DNA from: Spirochaetota bacterium
GTDB taxonomy: Bacteria; Spirochaetota; UBA4802; UBA5550
Direction of reading: 5' to 3'
NCBI GenBank assembly: GCA_963663865.1
Contig: OY760686.1
Span: forward strand, 2,240,001-2,304,000
DNA: 64,000 nucleotides
The position numbers were made by a program, and so were the translations under genes. Positions within the stretch are counted from its first letter, which is position 1; each line of letters starts with the position of its first letter. The notes beneath the pieces were generated by a model. The model was not told the origin of the DNA, did not search any database, and saw only the letters and a program-made list of their open reading frames with translations. Positions 1 to 9,342 of the stretch are shown here, in pieces.

Positions 1-285
1 TTTTTTCATGGAGCCTAATTCTTTCTTTAATTCTCTGATTCCCATTATTAGTTTCCTGTCCCGTTTTTTCCGTCTTTCTTTTCAAGCAATTTCTTTTAGA
101 TTTCCAGTTCCTTTAAGTCCTCTTCATCGGCCTTTTTTGCTTCGTTATTTTTCCTCTTTCTATCGAATTAATCGTATCAGACTTCATCAATATCTGGGAC
201 CACTTCCACTTGAAGTGAACCTACCCCGAAAAAGTGGACACGAAGTTAAGCGAATTTAACGATAATAAACTTAACGGAGAAACCC

Positions 286-588
286 ATGACTAACAGAAGA
301 ACGTATGATCGTCAATTCAAAATTGATGCAGTAAAATTACTGAAAGAGAGCGGCAAAACAGCTTCTGCGGTCGCCGATAATCTGGGGATTAAATCTGATC
401 TCTTGTCACGCTGGAAAAAGGAATTTGCCAATGAAACCAAAAAAGTTTTTCCAGGGAAAGGAAATCCGCGAGATGAAGAAATAACACGTTTGAAAAAAGA
501 GAACGCAGATCTTCGTATGGAGCGTGATATATTAAAAAAAGCAATGGCCATCTTTTCACAACCCGAAAGGAGAAATTCGAATTCATGA
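286..588 (+). CDS. IS3 transposase OrfA (HTH)
   Basis: RRTYDRQFKIDAVKL HTH start and LKKENADLRMERDILKKA zipper typical of IS3 OrfA. Confidence 0.92.
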   Translation: MTNRRTYDRQFKIDAVKLLKESGKTASAVADNLGIKSDLLSRWKKEFANETKKVFPGKGNPRDEEITRLKKENADLRMERDILKKAMAIFSQPERRNSNS

Positions 589-1412
589 AAAACAATGAAT
601 CGATTTATCCGGTGAAGAAGATGGCTGAAACATTTAGAATACCCAGAAGTCAATATTACAAATGGCTGAATTCAAAACCTTGCTCTCGTGAGCTTCGAGA
701 TCAGGAATTACTTGTTATAATCAAAAAGAGTCATGAAGAAAGCAGAGAAACATACGGCAGCCCCAGGGTCTTTAAAGATATTAAGAAGAAGGGAATCAAA
801 ACCTCAAAGAAACGAGTAGCTCGACTCATGCAAAGGAACGATCTTAAAGGTGCACAAAAACGCAAATTTAAGGTTACTACCAATTCAGATCATGAATATC
901 CAGTGGCACCAAACCTTCTCAATAGGCAGTTTGATGTGCAGCAACCCAACACCTATTGGGTAAGCGATATCACCTATATATGGACGATGGAAGGATGGCT
1001 GTATCTATCTGTTATAATTGACCTGTTCTCTCGAATGATTGTCGGATGGGCAATGGAGTCTCATATGCGGGCAGAGTTGGTAATTGATTCATTAAATATG
1101 GCTGTCACTCATCGCAATCCTGATGATGGATTAATATTCCATTCTGATCGGGGAACTCAATATGCCTGTGATGATTTTCGAACAGCACTTAAAGGATACG
1201 AGATGATTCAAAGCATGAGCCGGAAAGGTAACTGCTGGGACAATGCATGTGCTGAAAGCTTTTTTGCAACATTAAAGACTGAAGAAGTTTATCGTAGAAA
1301 ATATAAAACCAGAGAGGAAGCAAGGTCTTACATATTTGAATATATAGCTGTTTTTTATAACAGAAAAAGACAGCATTATTTTCTTGACTGTTTAAATCCT
1401 GTGGAATATTAA
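585..1412 (+). CDS. IS3 transposase OrfB (DDE integrase core), possibly a few residues short at the C-terminus
   Basis: WVSDITY, HSDRGTQY and SRKGNCWDNACAESFF motifs; ATGA overlap with orfA. Confidence 0.92.
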   Translation: MKNNESIYPVKKMAETFRIPRSQYYKWLNSKPCSRELRDQELLVIIKKSHEESRETYGSPRVFKDIKKKGIKTSKKRVARLMQRNDLKGAQKRKFKVTTNSDHEYPVAPNLLNRQFDVQQPNTYWVSDITYIWTMEGWLYLSVIIDLFSRMIVGWAMESHMRAELVIDSLNMAVTHRNPDDGLIFHSDRGTQYACDDFRTALKGYEMIQSMSRKGNCWDNACAESFFATLKTEEVYRRKYKTREEARSYIFEYIAVFYNRKRQHYFLDCLNPVEY

Positions 1413-1475
1413 ATAAATATGCTCAAACTTAAAAATGTTGTTTAACTATCTGTCCTATAAATCGGGGGAGCTTCA

Positions 1476-1514
1476 ATCCCAGGCCGAAAGCACAGCATAT
1501 AAATCCTGTTAGGT
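1476..1514 (-). repeat. Truncated attC-like site (R'' ACCTAAC), cut by the IS3
   Basis: Minus strand reads ACCTAAC-aggatttatatgctgtgctttCGGCCTgggat, then the IS3 end. The CGGCCT motif is shared with the other attC-like sites. It lies just 3' of cassette ORF 2874-3215 once IS256 is removed. Confidence 0.6.
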
Positions 1515-1527
1515 GTAGTGTTTGAAT

Positions 1528-2851
1528 GAGAGTGTAAAAAGATTTGTGTAAATAGCTATATTATTACTCAATAGATAAGGAGAAAAAATATGGCTATGGA
1601 CAAAGATGCAATAATTAATGAATTGCTGGAAGATGTGGATTTTAAAGCACTGACACCTGAACAGATTACCGGGAAAGACGGCCTTATTCAGCAATTAACC
1701 AAGAGGATTATCGAAACAGCGATGAATGCTGAGATGACAGAACATCTTGGCTACGACAAAAATGAAAGATCAGCAGGTAAAAGCACCAACGCTCGTAATG
1801 GTCGAAGTAGCAAGAAGGTGCTAACAAACAATGGAGAAGTCCTAATTGATATTCCCCGAGATCGTAATGCTGAATTCGAACCCAGAATAGTAAAGAAGCA
1901 TCAAAAACGATTTGAGCTCTTTGACGAGAAAATCATATCGATGTACGGGTTGGGGATGACAACCAGAGATATTCAGGGCCATCTTGAAGATATCTATGGA
2001 GTAGAGGTTTCGCCTGACCTGATCAGCACCGTTACCAATGAGATAATAAAAGATGTTCTGGAATGGCAATCCCGCCCACTTGATCCTGTGTACCCTATAG
2101 TGTATTTTGACGCTATCGTGGTCAAAGGCCGAACTGACGGCAAAGTATCAAATAAATCAGTGTATACGGCTATTGGGGTCAATATGCAGGGCAAAAAAGA
2201 AGTTCTAGGCTTATGGATTGGCGATTCAGAAGGAGCTAAATTTTGGCTTCAGGTTGTAAATGAACTTAAAAATCGAGGAATCGAAGATGTCTTCATCGCT
2301 TGCATGGATGGACTGAAAGGGTTTCCAGATGCGGTTAATGCCGTATTCCCAGAGACCAGGATTCAGCTGTGCATAGTTCATATGATACGCAATTCAATAA
2401 AATATGTATCATGGAAAGAACGAAAGGCGATATGTACCGATCTGAAAAGCATATATTCTGCCCCTTCCGAAAAGGCTGGTTTGGCTTCGCTTGATGAATT
2501 TTCTAAAAAGTGGGATGGTAAATATCCGATGATTTCAAAGTCATGGCGAGCCAATTGGGAAAACCTCAACGAATTTTTCGCTTATCCGGCAGATATTCGA
2601 AAAGCAATTTATACTACCAACGCAATTGAATCCTTGAATTCAAGCCTACGGAAAGTAACCCAGAAAAGAGCGGCATTTCCTACAGATGATTCAATCTTTA
2701 AGGTGCTGTATTTGGCATTGACGAAAGCCGAGAAAAAATGGACTATGCCAATCAGAGATTGGGGTGCTGCTATCAACCAGTTCGCAGTATATTTTGGAGA
2801 CAGAGTACCATTATAATCAAAGGCTATTTACACAAAAGATCTGATACTCTC
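1528..2851 (+). mobile_element. IS256-family insertion sequence with 8-bp target duplication
   Basis: IRs GAGAGTGTAAAAAGATTTGTGTAAATAGC and GCTATTTACACAAAAGATCTGATACTCTC; direct repeat GTTTGAAT at 1520-1527 and 2852-2859. Confidence 0.95.
1590..2816 (+). CDS. IS256 (mutator-type) transposase
   Basis: YPIVYFDAI, DGLKGFPDA, QLCIVHMIRNS and YTTNAIESLN motifs. Confidence 0.95.
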   Translation: MAMDKDAIINELLEDVDFKALTPEQITGKDGLIQQLTKRIIETAMNAEMTEHLGYDKNERSAGKSTNARNGRSSKKVLTNNGEVLIDIPRDRNAEFEPRIVKKHQKRFELFDEKIISMYGLGMTTRDIQGHLEDIYGVEVSPDLISTVTNEIIKDVLEWQSRPLDPVYPIVYFDAIVVKGRTDGKVSNKSVYTAIGVNMQGKKEVLGLWIGDSEGAKFWLQVVNELKNRGIEDVFIACMDGLKGFPDAVNAVFPETRIQLCIVHMIRNSIKYVSWKERKAICTDLKSIYSAPSEKAGLASLDEFSKKWDGKYPMISKSWRANWENLNEFFAYPADIRKAIYTTNAIESLNSSLRKVTQKRAAFPTDDSIFKVLYLALTKAEKKWTMPIRDWGAAINQFAVYFGDRVPL

Positions 2852-2873
2852 GTTTGAATAGCTGATGGCCATG

Positions 2874-3215
2874 TTAAACATCTTCATCTACTATTTCTGT
2901 TCCAACCAAATCTTCAATTACAGTATGACATTCAACATCAAACCATTCCATAAAAAGCTTATAGGTTCTGGGCTTAGGCCATGCGCTTTCGTCTTGGTAC
3001 CAATCGTTTAATTCATTTTCAAAAAAAATATCATAATTTTTCTTTAGCATTTGATCCAGATTTTCGGCAGAATTCTCATCAATCAAATATACCGTTCTTT
3101 CTTCGTTTGTCATTTCTTCTAAAGTAACAATACTATTATCAGATGAGTCGGTACTATTAATCCAATCGATCATTGGTTGTTTATATTTTAATAATAAAGC
3201 TGCACGATTAATCAT
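2874..3215 (-). CDS. Hypothetical protein, gene cassette
   Basis: 113-aa ORF with GGAGGG RBS, bounded by attC-like sites. Confidence 0.75.
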   Translation of the reverse strand: MINRAALLLKYKQPMIDWINSTDSSDNSIVTLEEMTNEERTVYLIDENSAENLDQMLKKNYDIFFENELNDWYQDESAWPKPRTYKLFMEWFDVECHTVIEDLVGTEIVDEDV

Positions 3216-3248
3216 AAACCCTCCCTAAAATAATGCTTCAAACATTAC

Positions 3249-3346
3249 AGACAACGTTTTGCTTATGTGACGTCGCGCGGCCTTTTGCGCGATGTGGCGT
3301 AGCCCGAACGAACGACAGCGAGTGAAGCGCATATGCTTTGTTGTCT
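3249..3346 (-). repeat. attC-like recombination site
   Basis: Minus strand AGACAAC...GTTGTCT; internal sequence nearly identical to the site at 46693-46790. Confidence 0.9.
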
Positions 3347-3363
3347 GCCGTCAAAACCGCATC

Positions 3364-3639
3364 TTACAGAATTTTTATTGATAAATTTTTTCCTAATGCT
3401 TTTGTTACTTTTAATAATGTCGAAAGCTTGATGTCTTCTGAATGATTTTCAATTCTCGAAATTGCACTCTTTGTTGTTTTAATTTTTTTTGCTAATTCTT
3501 CTTGAGTTAAACCGCTTTTTTCTCTTTCTTGTCTTAGGATTAAACCTATCTTGAATTCTTCGAAACCTTCATCGTATCTTTGTGCGAACTCAGGGTCTTT
3601 CGCTTTTCTTTTGGTTATGTATTTTTTCAGATCACTCAT
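3364..3639 (-). CDS. HigA-like XRE HTH antitoxin
   Basis: REKSGLTQEELAKKIKTTKSAISRIEN HTH_3 motif; directly downstream of a RelE-like toxin. Confidence 0.88.
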   Translation of the reverse strand: MSDLKKYITKRKAKDPEFAQRYDEGFEEFKIGLILRQEREKSGLTQEELAKKIKTTKSAISRIENHSEDIKLSTLLKVTKALGKNLSIKIL

Positions 3640-3986
3640 GATTTCCTCCAGTTTAAATAATCATTTCTATAATCTTCTGCTCGTTTAATTTCTGCAGTAG
3701 ATATCTTTTGTGTTTTTTTAATAAGTCCATGTTTAAGAATTATTATAAAACCTTTTTCGAAGAAACAAAATATTCGGTAAATGTTTGAACCTTGTTGAAT
3801 TCGACATTCACAAATGTCCGTATTCACGAGCTTCTTAAAATAAGTTGATTGAAGCATCCCTTAATTTTCTAATAATTCAAGCATCCATGTAATTTTTTGA
3901 ACAACCTTTCCGGGAAGCGAATCAAGAAATTCTTCTACTGGACAGCTTCCATCTTTTGTTTTATAGAATATGATATTTCTTTTCAT
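3636..3986 (-). pseudogene. RelE/HigB (Gp49-like) toxin with in-frame nonsense codon
   Basis: ATG at 3986 gives MKRNIIFYKTKDGSCPVEEFLDSL..., TAA at 3861-3863 (codon 42), then the same frame continues to 3636 (YRIFCFF...HGLIKKTQK). Confidence 0.85.
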
Positions 3987-3992
3987 ACATTC

Positions 3993-4021
3993 ATGTTAGC
4001 ATGCAGGTGAACATTTGTCAA
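3993..4021 (-). promoter_or_regulatory. sigma70-type promoter of the TA cassette with overlapping inverted-repeat operator
   Basis: TTGACA-17 bp-TAACAT on the minus strand; ATGTT...AACAT inverted repeat across the spacer and -10. Confidence 0.65.
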
Positions 4022-4054
4022 TCATTTTCTATGAAAAAATAATGCGGTTCTTAT

Positions 4055-4080
4055 GGCAGACGACTAAAATTATCTGCATT
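4055..4080 (-). other. attI-like site heading the left cassette array
   Basis: Minus strand TGCAGATAATTTTAGTCGTCTGCC versus TGCAGACAATGATAGTTGTGCGCA at the intact integron (13/16 over TGCAGA..TAGT). Confidence 0.55.
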
Positions 4081-4550
4081 GCGTAATTTTATGCATAATC
4101 ACATATTAAAGTGAAGCAGATTTTCCCAAGTAACTAAAAAATTTTGGCATTATGCGCATCTTCTCCGTTTTAACTAAAACAAACTGTTTTCAATTGTTTT
4201 TATAATAGAGGTCACTGACATGAAAAACACTGGCCTTAAAAAGATGCTGTTAAGATACGCCGCCGGCAAAAATCCTAAATTCATTTCAAATAATCAATCA
4301 GAGTTTCCTCACTCATTTTCTTATATAAAGGAAAGTGGTTAAAAGAAATCTACCGCCAATGTTCCGGCCTTCGGCTTCCCGACTCATCTTGTCTTCCGCG
4401 GGGCGCTCGTAACTCGCCTGCCTTACGGCAGACTCAAACAGACGCAGCGCCTTCTCCCGCGGCCGACTGCGAGGAGTCCGACAAACAGGATGTTTTAGTG
4501 CCGATGGCCGCCAGGACGGCGAAAATGCCATCGGCTGCCTGGAACATAAT

Positions 4551-4701
4551 GGCGGAATTAAGAAACTGCAGGCACACTACTTCAACAACTCATCCAGCGC
4601 GATTTGCATGAATGCAAATCGCTCGGGCGCCGTTTCATCAGGATGATGATAACGGCGCTGCAACAGTCGAGTAACTGCAAAAGCCAAGCCCTTCCGGCGC
4701 C
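4551..4701 (+). repeat. ~150-bp direct repeat, copy 1
   Basis: GGCGGAATTAAGA...CAGGATGATGATAACGGCGCTGCAACAGTCGAGTAACTGCAAAAGCCAAGCCCTTCCGGCGCC, repeated at 6240-6388. Confidence 0.9.
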
Positions 4702-4840
4702 AAAAAAATATTGGTCGAAAAGCAGGATGCTTAAGTGTCGACGGCCGACAGGAGGTCGAAAAAGCCGACCACTTTCGCCCGGACGAAAGTGACGAAGAAA
4801 AAGGTCTCACGCTCCCAGTGTGAAATAGACGGCAGGCTCC

Positions 4841-4864
4841 TGTCAACACCGATTAGATTTTGCC
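4841..4864 (+). repeat. Truncated IS21-like end (24 bp)
   Basis: TGTCAACACCGATTAGATTTTGCC, identical to 35900-35923. Confidence 0.7.
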
Positions 4865-5059
4865 TCTGTCACTGTCACAAGCCTTGAAAGTCTTCCTCGT
4901 ATATCATATGTGTATTCGGTCTCTGTATTGTGAGCATGACTATACCAGTTTTCTTATGGCACCGGCTGCTCACAACTTACAATCAACACGCATCATGTGG
5001 AGCCTTAGCAGAATAATACCGGCTTATAGGGAAGGGCTCGGAGATAAAGCTCTGAAGTG

Positions 5060-5350
5060 CTAACTCATCTTCTTAATGTTTATTTGGTATCCAAGGACTG
5101 CTGCAATACCACTTAATGTTTTCAGCGTGACATTCGAGCTTTTACCTGTACGGATATTCTGTATCACGGCAGGTGACACCCCGGCTTTTTCTGCAAGCTT
5201 TCTCACTGAAATATGGTTCTCTTCCATCGCCTCAAGAAGAAATTCATTAAGAAGAAATTCATTGTATCCTTTATAAAACCGCTCTTTCCTTTTCAGGTCT
5301 TTCAATATCCGGTCAAAAGTAGTTTGTTGTTTTTTTGCTTTTTCATTCAT
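5060..5350 (-). CDS. XRE HTH antitoxin
   Basis: ISVRKLAEKAGVSPAVIQNIRTG HTH; overlaps the toxin stop. Confidence 0.85.
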   Translation of the reverse strand: MNEKAKKQQTTFDRILKDLKRKERFYKGYNEFLLNEFLLEAMEENHISVRKLAEKAGVSPAVIQNIRTGKSSNVTLKTLSGIAAVLGYQINIKKMS

Positions 5351-5723
5351 AATAGGTACCATCCTTCAATCGTCTTTCGTAGTCATCACGGCAGGAGAGT
5401 GCTTTTTCTTTTTCATTCCTGGGCAGTTTATCGGTCTTCTTTCTGAATGCGTTGGTTACGATAATCTTTCTTTCCTTCACAAAGAAACACAGAAAACGGT
5501 CAGTTTGAGGCTTAAAGGCGAAGATATCGTCCCCCTCGTATCTGAATTGTGTCTTGTTATTGATTTTACCAAAATCTCCCATACGCTTAAAAAGATAAAA
5601 AAGCCTATCCTGCTGGGTTTCACTTAATTCTTCAAAATATTCTAAGGCCTGGCAATATCCACAGCCTGAACAATACCATTCAATAATAAACTGTTCCCCG
5701 CAATAAGCTATGTATTCTTTCAC
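5343..5723 (-). CDS. RelE/HigB (Gp49-like) toxin
   Basis: IFAFKPQTDRFLCFF and IIVTNAFRKKTDKLP motifs; toxin-first order. Confidence 0.85.
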   Translation of the reverse strand: MKEYIAYCGEQFIIEWYCSGCGYCQALEYFEELSETQQDRLFYLFKRMGDFGKINNKTQFRYEGDDIFAFKPQTDRFLCFFVKERKIIVTNAFRKKTDKLPRNEKEKALSCRDDYERRLKDGTYYE

Positions 5724-5733
5724 CTATCCACCA

Positions 5734-5762
5734 AGTGTACCATTATTTTAGCACATCGTCAA
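5734..5762 (-). promoter_or_regulatory. sigma70-type promoter of the second TA operon
   Basis: TTGACG-17 bp-TACACT on the minus strand, just upstream of the GTG start. Confidence 0.6.
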
Positions 5763-6239
5763 ATCTTTTTTCTTTTACTATTTTATAAAACTTCTTCCCA
5801 AAACACCTCCGAACTTCAGCAATAAAATGTATAATACCGCATTCGCTCTTCTCATGCGACCCTCGCTCGCTTCGCACCCTCGGCGAAGATAATTTATCAT
5901 ATCCTAAGCGCCTACATGGCCAGGATTCTACTGTGTCAACGAGCAGGGCCTCGTTAATGTGGAATTTTTTTCAGCGCTCGTTCGAAACCGTGGGAATAAT
6001 ACGTTTTTCTTTTCAACTACACTAAAATGACAGAGCATGAACGATAAAAAAACAAGACTGAAATATGATAGAAGCAAAGAGATTGCAAACTAACAGTTTT
6101 ATGCAGAAGTAAATTGGCAGCATGCCTGGAGGTAGAGACGCTAATAAGGGAGACGCTGCATCATCTTGTCAGATGTGGAGGCTTGTTTTCTCTCGCAAAG
6201 TCCGCAAAGTACGCAAAGTCCCTGATCTGTAACTTCATT

Positions 6240-6388
6240 GGCGGAATTAAGAGACTGCAGGCACCCTGTTTCAACAACTAAACCAGTGCGATTTTCACGG
6301 ATGAAAATCGCCCAGCGCCGACGTTCAGGATGATGATAACGGCGCTGCAACAGTCGAGTAACTGCAAAAGCCAAGCCCTTCCGGCGCC
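6240..6388 (+). repeat. ~150-bp direct repeat, copy 2
   Basis: Matches 4551-4701; the 3' ~63 bp are identical. Confidence 0.9.
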
Positions 6389-6640
6389 TGAAGAACGGCT
6401 TTTTCCCGCCGCTTTTTGGCCGGTCAAAAAGCGGCAAAAGAGGTACCACGCTTTCAGCGTGAAAAATGACAGACAGGATCCCTGCCAAAAATGCGTTTCG
6501 CACAACACAGCAGAATAAATGAGAGCGGCATCACAAATATATCTTAACATTTTTCTGCTCCTGAACCCTAATCTTACTGGTTAAAAAAACTTCTGTGCTT
6601 ATTATTTGCTTTACAAACCAAACAGATAATGGAGGGCAAT

Positions 6641-7702
6641 ATGAAAGCCCACGAAAAAGCGATATACGATAAATCAGACAGTGTTAACTGTCATCACGAA
6701 ACCGGTCTTAAGGAGATCTACCTTGCGGGAGGCTGCTTCTGGGGCATTCAGGAATACTTCTCAAGAATGCCCGGAGTCGTTTACACCCAGGTGGGATATG
6801 CCAACGGGAAAACGTCAAATCCATCCTACTACGATGTATGCAGCGGAGACACAGAACACGCCGAAGCTGTTCATCTGCGCTACAATCCGGAGATTATCAC
6901 ACTCCGCGAGATTCTCATTGAGTTTTTCTCTGTTGTTGACCCCACATCTCTGAACCGTCAGGGCAACGACTCGGGAACACAGTACAGAAGCGGAATATAC
7001 TTCAGCGATCCTGAGGATGAGCCGACAATTTCATCGGTTATCTCAGAGATAAGCAAAATGCACACAAAACCGGTAATTACGGAATCAGAAAAGCTCAAAT
7101 GCTTCTTTGTCGCTGAGGACTACCACCAGGACTATCTCAAAAAAAATCCCGGGGGATACTGCCATGTCCCGCTGAAGCGCTCCGACCGGATAAGCGGCAA
7201 AAAAGATACTGCTCCTGTCATAGATCCGGGGCTCTATCCGGTGCCTGATTCAGTAGAGCTCTCTTCAAGGCTCAACGACATTCAGTTGGCAGTCACACAG
7301 CACTCAGCGACAGAAACACCGTTCACAGGCAAATACAATGAGCACTTTGCACCCGGCATCTACGTTGACATTGTCACCGGAGAACCGCTTTTCAGCTCCA
7401 CTGACAAATTTGAATCCGCCTGCGGATGGCCTGCCTTCAGCAGGCCAATTTCCCCTGAGGTCATCAGTGAAAAGATTGACACATCACACGGCATGAGAAG
7501 AACTGAAATCCGAAGCCGCTCCGGAGGGTCACACCTTGGGCACGTCTTTGAAGACGGGCCGCCCGACAGGGGCGGGCTCAGATACTGCGTCAACTCGGCA
7601 GCATTGGATTTTATCCCCCTGAATGAGATGGAGTCAAGAGGATACGGCAGTCTGAAAGAGCATGTCTTGACGGCCTTCAGTAAGAACGGCCGTATGAAAT
7701 AA
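6641..7702 (+). CDS. msrAB: Bifunctional methionine sulfoxide reductase MsrA/MsrB
   Basis: GGCFWG (MsrA) plus CGWPAF, HLGHVF and RYCVNS (MsrB); ATG after GGAGGG. Confidence 0.95.
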   Translation: MKAHEKAIYDKSDSVNCHHETGLKEIYLAGGCFWGIQEYFSRMPGVVYTQVGYANGKTSNPSYYDVCSGDTEHAEAVHLRYNPEIITLREILIEFFSVVDPTSLNRQGNDSGTQYRSGIYFSDPEDEPTISSVISEISKMHTKPVITESEKLKCFFVAEDYHQDYLKKNPGGYCHVPLKRSDRISGKKDTAPVIDPGLYPVPDSVELSSRLNDIQLAVTQHSATETPFTGKYNEHFAPGIYVDIVTGEPLFSSTDKFESACGWPAFSRPISPEVISEKIDTSHGMRRTEIRSRSGGSHLGHVFEDGPPDRGGLRYCVNSAALDFIPLNEMESRGYGSLKEHVLTAFSKNGRMK

Positions 7703-7726
7703 CCAGTTGCACAGGATCGAATCAAA

Positions 7727-7984
7727 GTGGACAAGAACCCATTTCAGTGCTCGATGTGCGGCGCCTGCTGCATTGAGCTGTCGATAAGCAGCCCGATTCC
7801 GGGGCTTCCGGACGGGAAACCGGCCGGGGTGTGCTGTATTCACCTTACTGCAGACAACCGTTGCGCCGTGTACAGCGCGAGGCCTGAGGTATGCAGAAAT
7901 TGGAGGCCCGACGCTGAACTCTGCGGCAGCGGATTCGAGGAAGCCTCCCGCTCGCTTGCTCTATTGGAAGAGGCAACACGATGA
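7727..7984 (+). CDS. YkgJ-family cysteine-cluster protein
   Basis: CSMCGACC, GKPAGVCCIHL and RPEVC motifs. Confidence 0.85.
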   Translation: MDKNPFQCSMCGACCIELSISSPIPGLPDGKPAGVCCIHLTADNRCAVYSARPEVCRNWRPDAELCGSGFEEASRSLALLEEATR

Positions 7985-8481
7985 AAAACATCATACTCAT
8001 AGGAATGCCCGGCGCGGGCAAAAGCACCGTGGGAGTCCTGCTTGCCAAGGCGTTAGGAACCGACTTCATCGACACTGACATTCTTCTGCAGAAAAAAAGC
8101 GGAATGCTTCTGCCTGACATTATCAGGCTTGAGGGACTTTCGTCCTTCACTAAAAGGGAAAATGATGTCCTCAGAACTATTAAGCCCACCGGCAGCATCA
8201 TATCAACCGGTGGAAGCGCTGTTCTGTGTGCCGAGGGCATGAATCACCTGAAGAGAACCGGCTCCGCATTCTACCTTAAAATAGCACTCAACACTATTGT
8301 GTCTCGAATAAGCAACATAAGCACGCGCGGCATAGTCATGGAAGGCTCGCAGACACTGGCTGACATTTACGCAGTCAGAACCCCGCTCTACGAAAATTAC
8401 GCGGACAGCACAATTGACTGCGAAGGACTCAGCCCCGAAGAAACGGTCTGCCGAATAATGGGACTTCTCGAAAATGGCTGA
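7981..8481 (+). CDS. aroK: Shikimate kinase
   Basis: GMPGAGKST P-loop, FIDTD, STGGS and RTPLYE motifs. Confidence 0.9.
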   Translation: MKNIILIGMPGAGKSTVGVLLAKALGTDFIDTDILLQKKSGMLLPDIIRLEGLSSFTKRENDVLRTIKPTGSIISTGGSAVLCAEGMNHLKRTGSAFYLKIALNTIVSRISNISTRGIVMEGSQTLADIYAVRTPLYENYADSTIDCEGLSPEETVCRIMGLLENG

Positions 8482-8523
8482 TAGTGGCCGATCCCCTTTT
8501 GTGTAGCAGCCTGAATGCAGCGG

Positions 8524-9342
8524 CTACTCCTCCTTCGGCGCAAAATGCACTGTCCTCTGTGGAAAAGGTATAACAATTCCGGCCTCTCTGAAACGGTCGA
8601 AAATTCTTATTCTTAGTTCACTTTTAATAAATTCAATATCAAAAACCTGGTCCGAATAAAATAGCAGTGAAAAGTCGACCGACGAGCTCCCGAAGTCAGT
8701 AAGCCTGACAATGCTCTCGGGTTCCTTGAGGACGAGAGGGTTGCCTTCAGCTACTTCCTTTATAATGCGGATTACCTGGTGAATGTCTGAGCCGTAATCT
8801 ACTCCCACCTTAACTTCAAATCGCGAAGTAATTTCATTATGGGTCCAGTTGGTAAACTCATTGTTCGTCAGATAAGAATTCGGAAAAATTATAGTTACAT
8901 CGTCTCTGGTCTGTACTGTCGTTGTGCGGATATTAATTGAGGTCACCCTTGCGATTGTGTCGTTGACTTCGATAATATCACCCACTTTGACTGAGCCGTC
9001 AAACAGAATAATAATTCCGGATATAAAATCAGTAAAAAGGCTCTGAAGTCCGAGACCGATACCAACCAGCAGGGCGGCTGAACCCGCGATCAGAACAGTG
9101 ACATCCATTCCGATTATCTCTAGAATTACGCTTACAACAATAATAAGGATAAAATATCTTATAATCTGAAATACCGCGTAGGCAGTGCCCGCGTCAAAGC
9201 GTTTGGAGGTATTCAGGGCCTTACGTATCAGCTTCAACACAAGCCAGCTCCCGGCAATCAGCAGGGTAATCATTATGAGATGATAAATAGTTAAATCAAA
9301 CTTGCCAGTATCGATAAGCTTGTAATTTATAAAGTTCTTCAT
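8524..9342 (-). CDS. mscS: Small-conductance mechanosensitive channel
   Basis: Three TM helices, VGIGLGLQ, and C-terminal IPFPQR. Confidence 0.9.
   Translation of the reverse strand: MKNFINYKLIDTGKFDLTIYHLIMITLLIAGSWLVLKLIRKALNTSKRFDAGTAYAVFQIIRYFILIIVVSVILEIIGMDVTVLIAGSAALLVGIGLGLQSLFTDFISGIIILFDGSVKVGDIIEVNDTIARVTSINIRTTTVQTRDDVTIIFPNSYLTNNEFTNWTHNEITSRFEVKVGVDYGSDIHQVIRIIKEVAEGNPLVLKEPESIVRLTDFGSSSVDFSLLFYSDQVFDIEFIKSELRIRIFDRFREAGIVIPFPQRTVHFAPKEE

Larger units (their letters stand above)
216..1475 (+). mobile_element. IS3-family insertion sequence
   Basis: Imperfect 25-bp terminal IRs TGAACCTACCCCGAAAAAGTGGACA (216-240) and TGTCCTATAAATCGGGGGAGCTTCA (1451-1475) with TG...CA ends, enclosing orfA/orfB. 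No target duplication visible. Confidence 0.9.

Noticed and set aside
8-259. 83-aa plus-strand ORF
   Set aside because: Low-complexity, crosses the IS3 boundary; the purine-rich minus strand looks like a broken gene fragment that could not be assigned.
4313-6550. Short ORFs overlapping the GC-rich repeats (4313, 4577, 4604, 6141, 6278, 6330)
   Set aside because: They are translations of repeat or hairpin DNA with no recognisable domains.
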